A stretch of 64,000 nucleotides of DNA. Origin: Octopus bimaculoides (taxonomy: Eukaryota). The notes beneath the pieces are model-generated. The model had not been told where the DNA came from. It searched no databases and saw only the letters and a program-made list of their open reading frames with translations. Each line of letters starts with the position of its first letter. The first letter of the stretch is position 1. Positions 38,998 through 52,441 of the stretch are shown here, piece after piece. The position numbers and the translations under genes are program-made. The stretch is from the NCBI RefSeq assembly GCF_001194135.2, contig NC_068983.1, forward strand, positions 99,117,683-99,181,682, in the 5' to 3' direction.

Positions 38998-39539
38998 CTA
39001 AAAATAAGACAATTAATAAAGCTAAAGATCAATCTGGACATTTAAATAAGTTGTTTTCATTGACTTACCAAAAAAAATACATGGATTAAATAGAGATATA
39101 TAATAATTATTGCTCCTATAGTTCCAAGGCCTGAAATTTGGGGGGAGAAGTGTTAGTTGATTACATCAACTTCAGTACTCAACTGACATTTATTTTATCA
39201 ACCCTAGAAAGATGAAAGGTGAAGTCAACCGAGGCAGAATTTGAATTCTGGATGTAAAGAACTGGAAGATGAGATGTAAAACAATGAAAAAAAATTTAAA
39301 TAGAGGACTAAAAGGAACGATAAATGGAATTTAGTTTCACAAAATTATGTTGCTCTTTTACTTCCATTTTCATAAATATAGATAAGCACAAAGTGTGTTA
39401 TTTCACCTCAAAATGTAGCCACACCAATTGAGAGATGGTGAAGCATGTAAAATTACCATAGCAACAGATTATGACAAACCTACACTAAGTTGTTCTACAG
39501 TATTTTTATAATGTATACGCATGTGCTCAGCAGTCACAG

Positions 39540-40550
39540 CCCATGTTTCACTGTCATATAGCATGGCTATTCACACATGCATCATACAGTCTACCTTTTA
39601 CTCTAAGCGAGAGGCCCTTTCTCACCAGCAGAGGTAGGAGCTCTCTGAACTTTGCCCAGGCTATTCTTATTCTAGCAGCTACACTCTCAGAGCATCCACC
39701 CCCACTACTGACTTGGCCACCTAGGTAATGGAAGCTATCAACTATTTCTAGTTTTTCTCCCTGGCATGTAACAGAAGCTGTTTTCTGCACATTTTCAGTG
39801 CTTATTGCTCCTGAGCATTTGCCACACATCTTATGGAGTTTCTACCTACGCATTTCTACAGATCGAGCAGGGTCATCTACCTGAAGAGATTTGTGGTTTG
39901 TCTGCCTTCCTACTTACTAAGACTGGTTTTTGCTAGATTGACTCTAAGGCCCTTCGATTCTAGACCTTGCTTCCACACCTGAAACTTCTCTAGTTCTCAT
40001 AGTGACTTGGCTATTAGAGAAAGGTTATCAGCATAGAGAAGCTACCAGGGGCATCCTGTCTTGAATTCCTCTGTTATTGCCTGGAGGACTATGATGAATA
40101 AGAGGAGGCTGAGGACTGATCCTTCGTGGACCCCTACCCGGAATTCTTCACTATATTCGTTGCCAACCCTCACCTTACTGACAGCATCCCTGTACATGGC
40201 TTGTACAGCTCTCACTAACCACTTGTCTNNNNNNNNNNTACTGACAGCATCCCTGTACATGGCTTGTACAGCTCTCACTAACCACTTGTCTATCCCTAGT
40301 TTCTGCATTGACCACCAGATAAGGGATTGGGGGAGACTGTCAAAGGCTTTCTCCATGTCAACAAAAGTCAGGTACAGTGGTTTGTCTTTGGCTAGGTATT
40401 TCTCCTGCAGCTGTCTTAACAGAAATATAGCATCAGTGATGCTTTTCCTTGGCACAAATCCAAACTGTATCTCATCTAAACCAACTCTGTCCCTAATTAG
40501 TTGGGCTATGACCCTCTCCGTGACTTTCATTACCTGATCCAACAACTTGA
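39540..40550 (-). mobile_element. RTE-clade LINE reverse-transcriptase fragment in an RRS1 intron
   Basis: QFGFVP..TDAIF, FVDMEKAFD, GVHEGSVLS, LLYADNL, VDSFHYLG, RIRIAWAKFRELLP; contains a stop, a deletion and a 10-N gap. Confidence 0.92.
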
Positions 40551-40952
40551 TACAAATTCATCAACTGTTTGATATATCTATAACCAATATTACCCAATCC
40601 GTGTCTCCATATATTGAATCATCTTTCTCTGCACCACTAAGATTACAATGCAGCTTTCTTTACTTTAAATTTTCTTTCTTCCAAAATACCTACATAATTC
40701 TTGAACTTTAAAACAGAGGAACTATCAAGTAAATTTTCTTTTAATGAATCACTGTATAGTGAATGAAAGAATATATCAATGATCATTTTTGTTTAGGAGA
40801 CATAGCAAGGCAGAGTTACAAAATACATGGCTTCTTTTCATTAAACAGGCAAACTTTGTGCAGGACTTATTTTATCAGCCATCAAACAGTGAAGGGCAGT
40901 GTCTAACAAGTAAACAAAAGGATGAGAGAGAGAGAGATATCTAAATATAAAC

Positions 40953-41104
40953 CTTTCTTTTCCTTCCAACATTTTTAGCAGGTTTTTCTTTTGGTAAAGT
41001 CTCAGTAAATTTTCCTACAGAAGCAGTTGAATACTTAGCAAGTGCAAGTTTGCGATTCACATCCTGTTTTTTCTCAACTTGGGTAGGTGTATGGAGTTCA
41101 GAAA
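40953..41104 (-). CDS. RRS1: RRS1 exon, 152 nt (VSELHTPTQVEKKQDVNRKLALAKYSTASVGKFTETLPKEKPAKNVGRKRK)
   Basis: Conserved AKxSTASVGxFxExLPKEK motif; cttcttcAG acceptor, GTttat donor; phases 1 to 0. Confidence 0.95.
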
Positions 41105-43638
41105 CTGAAGAAGCAAAAAGAACAATGATTAAAAGAAAAGAATTTATAAATCATACAGAAAAAAAAAAGATAAAAGATGTCTCAAAAAGATTTTGAATTG
41201 TTGCTAAATTTCAAATATATTTAATTATGTGTCAACATATTTGTCACTAAAAAAATCCCAATACACATTCATGCAAGCTTTAAAGAACTTTTTGGAAAGT
41301 TCAGATCCTCAATACTGAAAGTACTTTCTTTTTAGAATGATGATAAGCTTTATTTCTGATCTATTTCCCTTTTTAAGGCTTCTACAATCTATCACAAAGT
41401 TAATTATTTTGATAAGTTTACTTGGTTCAGTAATGAATTTATTTCGACATTTATATTTAAAGAAAGGCTGGATTAACAATGACAGAAATTTGAAGTGTCC
41501 TTCCACTAATATTGAAAATGTAACTGGGAAAATTAGCACAGGATTTGATTTTGATGGCCTGAAATAATGGAACAACTAAAATTGTAGACAAGTAGAAGAA
41601 AACAAACAAACAAAACAAAATCACAATTTGGAGAAAGAAGAGTAAAATGTCATCAAACATAAAGCAGCTTTTCTATTATCAGCTTCAGCCTAGATGGCAG
41701 CCAAATTGGGGTAGCTTGATGTTATTTGCCCAAAATTTATAACAAATTTAAAAGGTAGATTTTACTAACTAGCTTTCAAAATTATTCACCAGAAGGTTCA
41801 GCCTTCCATTTTGTTAGTTTGTGTGCCTCAATGACCCTGAGAATGCCAGTAAAGTGTAAGTTCCTGGTAGAGGTCCCAAACTGGACAGGACAAAAGAGGA
41901 CACAGACCACCTCTTCTCAGAAGTAAAAATGGGACCTCTCATTCCTTACACAGGTTTTGCACAGAAGTTACACAAGCATCAAAGACAATTCAAAACCAAC
42001 AAGACCTGGGAGAAGAAAGACAACCTAGCGTCAAGGACAGATGAGCAAAGTCATCAATGGTTTATGCTCTATAGGCAGCAAAGGGCTTATGTAAGAAAGT
42101 CATCGAATTAGAGTGTAAAAAGTTAATGAAACAATGTTATTGGCACTTATTTCGTTTAATGTTTATATTGTTACTGTATAAATATTTGAGAGTGAGGATC
42201 TTTCACTATCACAATCTGTGACATGATAAAAACAAAGTCAACAACAGTTTCAAATGAAACAAAGTTATCAGCTTGATGTAAATTTCACATCTAAACTAAA
42301 AATAGGGGAAAATAGTGGAAACACACAGCCAGCCTAGTGATATGAAGAAAAAAGAAAGTACCTACAAAATTTGTGCAGAACTTGGTTGTATTCAATCTTG
42401 CCATGATAAATTTTCTAGGTATGTACAGTAAAAAAACTTGTTAATGTTTCTCATCAATAAAATTTTGTTTTTTCTGTTTGTTGTATGTATTCAGATGATT
42501 CAATATCGTTCTCTTCTATTTTTTTTATTTCACTTAGTGAAAACAAATCGTGAAATAAAAAATGTTTCACATTGTATGATGATATATTGTAATCTCAAGC
42601 AGATAAAATTATTTTCACACCATCCTTAAACAGGATTCATACTATATTTATTGCCACAAATTTCATACGAATTTCAATAAAATTGAATGAGGGTGAAATG
42701 TTTCTTTGTGAATGTCTTAAAACTCTATTTCAGTTACCAGTGAGTAGATAGCATAGTCTGCCATTCATGCAGATGAGATTACAAGGGGAAGTAAGTCAAG
42801 AGTTAAACACATTACAATACATAGGATACAAAACTCCTGTTTCATATATATTTACATCCATTTTTCCATGTTTATATGGGTTGGTTGTATCCTCTCCAAT
42901 ACCTTACCACTTGTTGCATTCTTATGTCTTCTCTTTAGTGAGGTCCAGCATCCTCAGATCAACTTTCATCACTTCTGCTTCTTCCTTCTACCTGCCATAA
43001 TCCTTATACATTAGATGTTCATCCAGCACAGCTTTGTCTACTTTCTTGCCTACATCTGATTCTTATATCCAAACTTTTGCTTAATACAAAAGAATTACAT
43101 TGCATGACAGTAGTGCAATAGCAATTTTTTTTCCTTTTACACTTTGTAATTCACCAGTTATCAATGGGATGGAGTTTTTCATCTTCAAGATATCCTCAGT
43201 AACAATACATCAAATACATGGGAGAATTTGAACTCATCACTAGCAAGTTAGTGAAATTTTCTATTACTTAAAGTTCCTTTACAAATTATGAACTATAATT
43301 CTACCTCATGGTGCCAATAAGTGTCAGACTATGACAGAGCAGTGTTGTTAATCCCATAGTAATCTAATTGAGAATCATTCCAGGCATGACCATCCCTCAT
43401 TTTAGCGCTATCTAGGACTATATAATTTACTTACCTTACTTAAGACACTGGCACGTGATTTGAGGGAGATGTAGCTGCTAAGTACATCAAGCAATCACAT
43501 AGACTCTCTTATTGATTTCACTGAATCATTAACACTCTTTAATTATAACACTGAGGATTTAGCCTATATCATGTTCATCTCATAAACAATTTACCAATAT
43601 CATCAATTTGTTATTAAAACAGTAAATTCTCAAAATAC

Positions 43639-43746
43639 CTTTTAGTTTTTGGGCTCTTGCAATGTTCCGCAATCTTTTCAGCTCGTTCTTAGCAACACGT
43701 TCCTTTTTGGCAGCTTTTCTCTTTGCAAACTGATCTTCATTGGGAT
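43639..43746 (-). CDS. RRS1: RRS1 exon, 108 nt (DPNEDQFAKRKAAKKERVAKNELKRLRNIARAQKLK)
   Basis: Conserved DPxEDQFAKRxxAKKERVAKNELxRLRN motif, visible in ORF 43580..43777; phase 1-1. Confidence 0.97.
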
Positions 43747-43856
43747 CTAAAAATACCAAAATAGAAATAAATTTCAAACAACTAAAATGAAGGATAAAAC
43801 GAGTGAGTTAATTCTTTTACAACAGCTCCTTTATTTCACAAGCTGGATTAATTTAA

Positions 43857-44050
43857 CCCTTTAGTATTTAAACCAGCCAAATCCAACTCCAAACTGGCCA
43901 TATCTAACCTCTCACACCTCTACACTAACATTCTAAAAATAAATAATCACATCACCGAAACCTCAAAGCTATAAGATAATGCATGATTAATTCAAAACAA
44001 TTTGAATAAAAAGAAATTACATTTGACAGAGTGATCTGAACACTAAATTG
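43857..44050 (-). mobile_element. piggyBac-type MITE, same family
   Basis: TTAA-flanked; reverse-complement match to the 60221-60437 body. Confidence 0.8.
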
Positions 44051-44099
44051 TTAAGACAAGAATCTCAGGAAGAAGCAGTAAGTTCAGCAAGTCTTTTAA

Positions 44100-44296
44100 C
44101 CCTTTAGTATTCCGATTTCTCTGTTATATTGTTTGAATTAATCATGTATTATTTCATAGCTTTAAGATTTTGATGATGTGAATGATTATTTTTAGAACGA
44201 CATTGCAGGGTATGCATGCAACCTAAATCTAGCCGTTTTGAATACAAAACAAATGGAACATTTGGGCCAGATATGGCCAGTTTAAATGTCAAAGGG
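44100..44296 (+). mobile_element. piggyBac-type MITE, same family
   Basis: TTAA-CCCTTTAG...AAAGGG-TTAA. Confidence 0.85.
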
Positions 44297-44766
44297 TTAA
44301 TTAACAGTAGAAATTTAAATGTACACTAATGAGGCAGTAAATCTCTTTTACAAGTTTGGTAAAGATATATCAATTAGTAATAAAATTATATTTTGAAAGC
44401 TATTTTTAATTCTCCAATTAAAGCTGTTTCAGCCAACCTCATCTAAGGTCTTCTTGATTCAACACTCACTTCCTATAATTTTCACTTCCAGTTAACAAAA
44501 TCTAATAAACATCACTTATTAACAACTTAAGATAATCAAAAATGATGAACTATTCCACCTGTTCTTTGTCTGAAAATGTGCTAATAAACACTGGGCTGTT
44601 AATTAGCCATTTTATTGAATAGAATTAACAACTGGTTAATAATAAAGTGGTCACCTGACTATGAACAGAAGTGGTCATTAATGATGACATAGAGAATTTT
44701 GTACTTGAATAAATTCTTTACAACCACAGTAAAGAAATGGACCAGAAATATTTACTTGAGACTCAC

Positions 44767-44845
44767 CAGCATTAGTAGGAACTTCAATACACCAGTCTTT
44801 TGTATCATCATTAGCTCTTTTATAACCCCAACGAGGACGCCAATC
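44767..44845 (-). CDS. RRS1: RRS1 exon, 79 nt (DWRPRWGYKRANDDTKDWCIEVPTNA)
   Basis: Conserved WxxRWGYxRAxDDTKxWxIEVP motif, visible in ORF 44678..44884; tccAG acceptor, GTgagt donor. Confidence 0.97.
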
Positions 44846-45593
44846 CTGGAAGATACAGATAAAGTAAAAAGGAAATTTTATCAAAAATATTTTTACTGCA
44901 GTATACTATCAAAAGTGATGGGTAATGATTACAGATATTGATTTCATACCCATTTTTCTATGTTGATAGGAGTTGCATTTGTCTGTAGTACAGCATGTCA
45001 ACCTTTTAGATAGAATATTTCTGTTGAAGCATACTACCTTTGTTTAAATTTATTTTGAAAAGAATGAAGAAACTTGTAAAATAATTTTGTAGGTATCAGC
45101 ATCATCATTTAATTTCCATTTTCCATGCTGGCATGGCCTGGACAGTTTAACCAGAGCTAGCAAGCTGGGGAGCTGTACCAGATTCCAGCCTAATTTGTCT
45201 TGGTTTCTATAGCTGGATGCTTTTCCTAACGCTACTCACTTTACAGCGTGTGTTGGATGCTTTTTATGTGGCACCGGTACAAATGCTTTTTATGTGGACT
45301 GGCATGAGTGTTTTAAACATGGACCAGCACATTTAGAATATGAATTAATATGGAAATTTGCTGAAAGGTTTTAATTTATTACTTGAAAAGAAAGTGTGTA
45401 TCCTAGAACCAAGAGTGGTATTAGTCAGGTTGGTATAAAAAATGTAATGATGTCAAACATCTTGAAACTGAACTGAACCTCACCATTTCTTCTTAGGTTT
45501 TTCTTTGTCAACTTCTGTTCTCAATTACTTTCTCCACTCAGGATACATTTTCATTTAGCAATAAGATTATCCATACTGATACAGTCCTCCACT

Positions 45594-45930
45594 GTGAAGG
45601 CACAGGACTCAGTGGTTAGAGCATCGGGCTCACAATCATAAGGTAGTGAGTTCGATTCCCAGACTGGGCTCTGTGTTATATTCTTGAGTAAGACACTATT
45701 TCACATTGCTCCAGTTCACTCAGCTGTAGAAATGAGTTGCAATGTCACAGGTGCCAAGCTGTATCGGCCGTTGCCTTTCCTTTGGATAACATCAGTGGCA
45801 TGGAGAGGGGAGGCTGGTATGCATGGGCGACTGCTGGCCTTCCATAAACAACCTTGCCTGGACTTGTGCCTCAGAAGGTTAACTTTCGAGGTGCAATCCC
45901 ATGGTCATTCATGACCGAAGAAGGTTTTCA
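45594..45930 (+). mobile_element. SINE family C copy in an RRS1 intron
   Basis: Collinear with 9513-9850. Confidence 0.85.
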
Positions 45931-46304
45931 CTTCACAATCCCCCACCCCTATGTACATAAAGTGACACCTTCAATACAAGTCACTTTTCTCAGATCTTTC
46001 ATGCAATGTTTCCCTCTCATTATATTTGACTGGTTTCTTTCCAGCTTTACAAATTTTCCACATTCAATAACCTTGCCTCACACACAGCCTTGCAACCTCT
46101 CATTCCTTACACAGGTTTACAGTTTGTCTCTTGCATAGAGAGATAAAAGAGTAATGTATTTAAGATCATGTATAATACTATATAAATCCCAAATGTGTAT
46201 GTTTAAACAGTTAATTTCTTGATCAATACTGGCTTTAAAACAGTAAGTCCACAGAAATATTTAAATTTATAAATCAATTAATTCTATGAGAGAGACTATG
46301 GAAA

Positions 46305-46525
46305 ACATTGCCGTTGCTATTACCGCGTGACTGGCCCTCGTGTCAGTGGCACGTAAAAGCACCCACTACACTCTCGGAGTGGTTGGCGTTAGGAAGGGCA
46401 TCCAGCTGTAGAAACTCTGCCAGATCAGATTGGAGCCTGGTGCAGCCATCTGGTTCGCCAGTCCTCAGTCAAATCGTCCAACCCATGCTAGCATGGAAAG
46501 CGGACATTAAACGATGATGATGATG
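46305..46525 (+). mobile_element. Repeat family D with RTE-like 3' end (GGAAGGGCATCCAGC) and (GAT)n tail, representative copy
   Basis: Similar copies at ~36040-36490, 45110-45330 (-), 50190-50450, 50685-50930 (-), 54890-55150 (-), 55965-56070, 62435-62620 (-). Confidence 0.75.
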
Positions 46526-46705
46526 CTGATATAAGACAGCTTTACTCGTTTACTTCAAAATCTATACCATCTTAATAAGTATGAAGCAGCAATATGAAAT
46601 CATAGAACAACTAATTTAGTTACCAAACAACTGGTATTACATATGTTAGAATTAACTAAAATATACTAATTGAAACTGAAATAGTGAATAAGTTCAAGAA
46701 CAAAC

Positions 46706-46807
46706 CTTTGCTACATCATCCCACACCATTCGACTCTTTTTCTTCTTTGTAATTCCTTTCACTTTAGCAAACTGTTCCCATTTTGTTAGGGGTTTGGGTT
46801 TTGGTGC
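46706..46807 (-). CDS. RRS1: RRS1 exon, 102 nt ([34 protein letters not shown])
   Basis: Conserved [27 protein letters not shown] motif; canonical AG/GT; phase 0-0. Confidence 0.97.
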
Positions 46808-48152
46808 CTGTTAAAATAAATGAAAATTCAGTAGATTATGTATCAAATCAAGAAAAATTAGCTTAACTATCATAATCAGAAATATTTAGATATAATATTA
46901 CATAGTAAATTTTTTTAAAGGATTGAATATCAAAATGTAAAACAACCAGACTGACTGACACTCCATTTCGCTTGATTTGAAACAGGGGAAGCTACAATAG
47001 AGATAATCAACTCTGCCAGAATGGCCTATAGTTAGAATCCGGTCTCTACATTATTCTTTGCTTTTTGATTTGATGAAAAAGGTATAGTTAAAGCCAATCC
47101 CTATATTATTCTCAACCAAATGCTTAATGTGTGCACATTTTTCCACAGATTGACTTTATATTACCATACATCCAGGATTTAGCTTGTATCTTCAACAGAG
47201 ACATATAAAAAATAATGCAATAAACCACTGAGTGGATGTTGAAACCCTCTCTTATATTTCCAACAAAGTCTGTAGTTCATAAAACATAAAAAGTGACTTT
47301 ATATTGAATTCCTAAATATATTTTAGTCTTTAATGTTTTATTTTATTAATTAATTACATTTTCCCTTACTCAACCATCCAATTATGTGTCTGACATTCCA
47401 TATATATTTTATTTGATTTTCTTACACTACAACAAATGTGTAAAATTTAATTCTAACTAGCAATTCACTCAAACACATCAAGTTTATAAAAAGTTGTGCT
47501 TCAATGAGGCGCTTTAATACATATATACCAGTTTACTAAAACGTTAGCTATCAACTAATACTATTTTCCTTCTATAAGGCATGATGGGGTTGACAAATGC
47601 CTTATGATTGACATTTAGCAAAATGGAAATTGTGTCCATCATATGTGCATCTGCATACATCTGTGTAAATAGTTTTCAAAATCTGTTATTTACATCACTA
47701 AAGGAAGGTAACTAAATACGTTACACACACACACACACATAAGATGATCTTTTACTTTCCATCTACCAAATCAACTCATAGAGCCTTGAACAGCTTCAGG
47801 CTATAACAGAAGACATTTATGGTGCCATACATTGATACTGAACCTAAGACCGTATGATGGGAAGCAAGCTTCTTACCCACATAGCCACGCCTGCACCCAC
47901 AGACAACTTTACATAAATTTGATTAGAATAATTTGTTTTAATCTTTCATCTTTTACTTGTTTCAGTCATTTGACTGTGGCTGTGTCTTGAAGGGTTTTAG
48001 TCAAACAAATCGAGCCCAGGACTTTTTTTTAAGTCTAGTGCTTATCCTATTGGATCTCTTTTGCCAAACCACTAGGTTACAGGGACATAAACACACCAGC
48101 ACCAGTTGTCAAGCAGTGGTGCAGGACAAACACATACAAACACACACACACA

Positions 48153-48200
<48 letters not shown>

Positions 48201-48520
48201 TATGGGTTTCTTTCAGTTTCTGTCTCCCAAATCCACTCACAAGGATTTGTCAGCCCACGGCTATGGTAGAAGACACTTGCCCAAGGTGCCTCAAAGTGAG
48301 GCTGAACCCAGAACCATGTGGTTGGAAACCAAGCTTCTTCCCACACAGCTACACCTGTGCCTACTTGATAATTTTAATTAATATACAATCTGTAAGGCAT
48401 TGCTTCTGATGTATTAAACCAAATAAACAATGAATCAGCAAATGGAAATATCTAAGTTAATAGCTGTTCTATGACAAAAGTAGTAGCAGGAAGGAGTTGA
48501 AATGTATTCAGTTTACTTAC

Positions 48521-48559
48521 AGGCTTTTCCCTTGGAATAACTGTTATCGTATCTGGAAG
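48521..48559 (-). CDS. RRS1: RRS1 39-nt exon (LPDTITVIPREKP)
   Basis: Aligns to RRS1 LPxPTTxLPREKP; tttttacAG acceptor, GTaagt donor; phase 0-0. Confidence 0.93.
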
Positions 48560-51500
48560 CTGTAAAAAAATTGGAAAATGATATTTAAATTTTGAGGATA
48601 AACAATAAAAATAAAACATCTGCAGAAATAATCATCAATCACCATCATTTTAATGTCCATTTTTCCATGCTTCCATGGGTCAAACGAAGTGTAATTTAGG
48701 CAGATTTTCCTGTTACCAACACTTAACTGTTTGTTTGCAAGAAAGGTAATATTTCCCCCTGGTCAAACATGTTTTCAAAGAATATCAGAAATGAATAACA
48801 ATCACACTAGGTCAAAGCAAGGCAACACAAATACACATGATTGGTATTTTTCAGTTTCTCATCTACCAAATCCATTCACAAGGCCTTGGATAGCCTGAGA
48901 CTGCTGAAGACATTTACCCTGGGGGCCTTGCATTAGGGCTGAACCCCAAAACATGCGCTTGGGAAGTAAACTTCTTCACCATACAGCCATGCCTGCGTCT
49001 ATACACTGTAGTATATTGTCCAAGGAAACTAGTGGACAGCACAAAAATTAGTTCAATGTTTCCAAAATAAGCTGGCTGTAGAGCCATCCATCACTCATGA
49101 CCGAGTCTAGCTTTGTAATAAGTATTATGCTTTCACTTATTATCTTAGACTCCATCGTGTATCTAAGATGTGATATATGGTAGTAGAGAGCTGCACCAGC
49201 ACCTGACAAGTATTCATGTACAGCTGAACAGACAGGAATAATGTGGAATGAAATGATTGCTCAAAGGCAGAATACACTGCCTGGTCCAAGAATTGAACCT
49301 ACAACCTTATGATCATAAGTGAAACACCCAAACCACTAGGCCATGTCCCTTCACTATATGATGAATAAAACAAAGTATTTTGTATGGCTGTTAAGCATGA
49401 GCAGAAAAATGAAAGGATTAAAACTCAAAGATTAAGTATAGTCTATGACCTTGTGCTAAAGATATATCGAGCTAGATCCAGTGGCGAAATCTCTACACTG
49501 TCACTTCACTTGCTACAAATAGTAGTTAAAATTCACCACAAATCATAACCTATCATTTTTAAAGAAACATATTAGATAATGTAGTCATAGATATCAATAA
49601 AAGATGGGATTGTCATGCCTTGAATATCTTCTGTCGGGTCAGCTCCCATCAAGTAGCAAATGCATTCAATAAAGGGTATTGCTATATAGAATGATGCATA
49701 TCTACTCAACTATCATTTCAAAGAAGTTTTTTTTTTAGATCTACCCCTACTATCTGCCTCTTCTTTTATAAACGGGTACATGATTTAGTCCAAACCAATA
49801 GTTACAAATCAAACAATTTCACTTTTAGCAGAGTAACCTAACCAACTTGTCTCTCTCTACACCAAAATGAATCTTTCTTTTATCGTTTACTTGTTTCAGT
49901 TATCAGAGTGCAGCCATGCTGGGGCACCACCTTTTTAGTAGAATGAATTGACTACAGTATATATATTTTTTTAAAGCATGGTACTGATTTTATTGGTCTT
50001 TTTTGCCAAACTGCTATGTTATAGAGACACAGACATACCAGCAGCAGCTATCAAAGAGTGGTGGGGCACAAACAGACACACACCCATACATGTGTTGATG
50101 CTGGTGTCACATAACAGGCACATAAAATACACCTTTCAAGAGTTGGGCCTTGTGGAGGCAATGACAAATGACTGAGACCTTTGGCAATATGCCGTACCGT
50201 ACTTGAGTAGAAGAACCATCAAACCAAGTGAACTTGTAGTCATGGCAGATACCGGTGTCATACAACTGGTACCTGTGCCAGTGGCAGGTAAAAGCACCCA
50301 TTACACTCTTGGAGTGGTTGGCATTATGAAGGGCATCCAGCCATAGAAACCATGCCAAATCAGACAGGAGTTTGGTGCAAACCTTAGCTTACCAGCCCTG
50401 GTCAAACTGTCCAATCCATGCCAGCATGGACAACGGACATTAAATGATGATATATATATATATATATATATACATATATAAAACAAACTTCTTTCAGTTT
50501 CAATCTAACAAACCCACTCACAAAGTTGGCTCCTTGAGGCTATATTAGAAGACACTTGCCCAAGGTCCTACACATAAGACTAGATCTGAAACTATGTGGT
50601 TGAGAAGCGAGCTTCTTACCATACAGCCGTGTCTGGCATCAATTCCATTTTGTAGCTGATGCAAAGTAATCCATAAGCATCATCATCATTTTAACGTCTA
50701 CTTTTCCAAGCTCACATTGGCTGGATGGAATTTATTGAGGTGGATTTTCAAATCAGATGCCCTTTCTGTTGCCAACCCTTAACTGTTTAGAATTAAGGTA
50801 ATACTTCTCCATGACCAGACATGTTTCACAGAAGACTGAAAACGAAGGACACCACTTGTGTAATATTGACAGTTGAGTACAACTATCACATGATGCCATG
50901 GCTAAGAGACAGTAACACACACACACACACATTAAATTTTGCATTAAAAGCAGCGCTAATAATATAAATATTATTGATGTCACATACACTGTGTATGCAT
51001 TTTGGTTATACACACATTAGCTGCAAGGTAGCATCCTGCAAAACGTCCCTTCTTGACACCGAGTGTTAACAAAATACTGAATATCTCAGATCAGGCAAGA
51101 CAACTCACCTGGATGAGCAAGAACAGAAGACATCAATATTTTGCTGTCTTTCAGTTCTTCAGCACTGTACACTCGACTTACTTTGGAACAAATGAAATTG
51201 CTGGTTTGAGACACTATGCAAATCGCGTAAATCTCAAGGCACTATCCAGCAGCTAATGGGCATATAAACAAAACACACATCATGTAAGTGACACTTTACT
51301 CTTTTACTTGTTTCAGTCATTTGACTGCGGCCATGCTGGAGCACCACCTTTAGTCGAGCAAATTGACCCCAGGACTTATTCTTTGTAAGCCTAGTATTTA
51401 TTCTATCGGTCTCTTTTGCCGAACAGCTAAGTTATGGGGACGTAAACACACCAGCATCGGTTGTCAAACAATGTTGGGGGGACAAACACAGACACATACA

Positions 51501-52407
51501 TACATATATATATATATATATANNNNNNNNNNNNNNNNNNNNNNNNNNNNNNNNNNNNNNNNNNNNNNNNNNNNNNNNNNNNNNNNNNNNNNNNNNNNNN
51601 NNNNNNNNNNNNNNNNNNNNNNNNNNNNNNNNNNNNNNNNNNNNNNNNNNNNNNNNNNNNNNNNNNNNNNNNNNNNNNNNNNNNNNNNNNNNNNNNNNNN
51701 NNNNNNNNNNNNNNNNNNNNNNNNNNNNNNNNNNNNNNNNNNNNNNNNNNNNNNNNNNNNNNNNNNNNNNNNNNNNNNNNNNNNNNNNNNNNNNNNNNNN
51801 NNNNNNNNNNNNNNNNNNNNNNNNNNNNNNNNNNNNNNNNNNNNNNNNNNNNNNNNNNNNNNNNNNNNNNNNNNNNNNNNNNNNNNNNNNNNNNNNNNNN
51901 NNNNNNNNNNNNNNNNNNNNNNNNNNNNNNNNNNNNNNNNNNNNNTTTCTCTACCTTTCAATACATCTCAACGGTTCTAAAACAAACTTTGTTTGCTTTC
52001 ATCGTTAGTTGAATTTATTATTAGAGTTGCTTTTAATTCAAAATTTAAATTTTGATTCACTTGTGCTGTGCCATAATCAGCAAATAGATTTTACATAACT
52101 TGCATTTTGTGCCGCATACCAGCAATTCAGTTTATTCCAAGATGAGTTGAGTTTTTATAGTGCTAAAGAGATGAAAGACAATGCAATATCAATATCTACC
52201 CTCCGCGTTCATCCAAGGTTGTCTTGCTTAGAGTGAGATATTCAGTGGTTTTTTTTATTTAGTAATATAGTGCACAGAAAATGTATTCTATGCAGCACAC
52301 TATAATGTATACTACATACCACACTGACTAAATGACATGGTACACATGACCCACTATAGGAAATTACAGAGTTCATACAATATCCAGCAGACTATATAGT
52401 ACAAACA

Positions 52408-52441
<34 letters not shown>

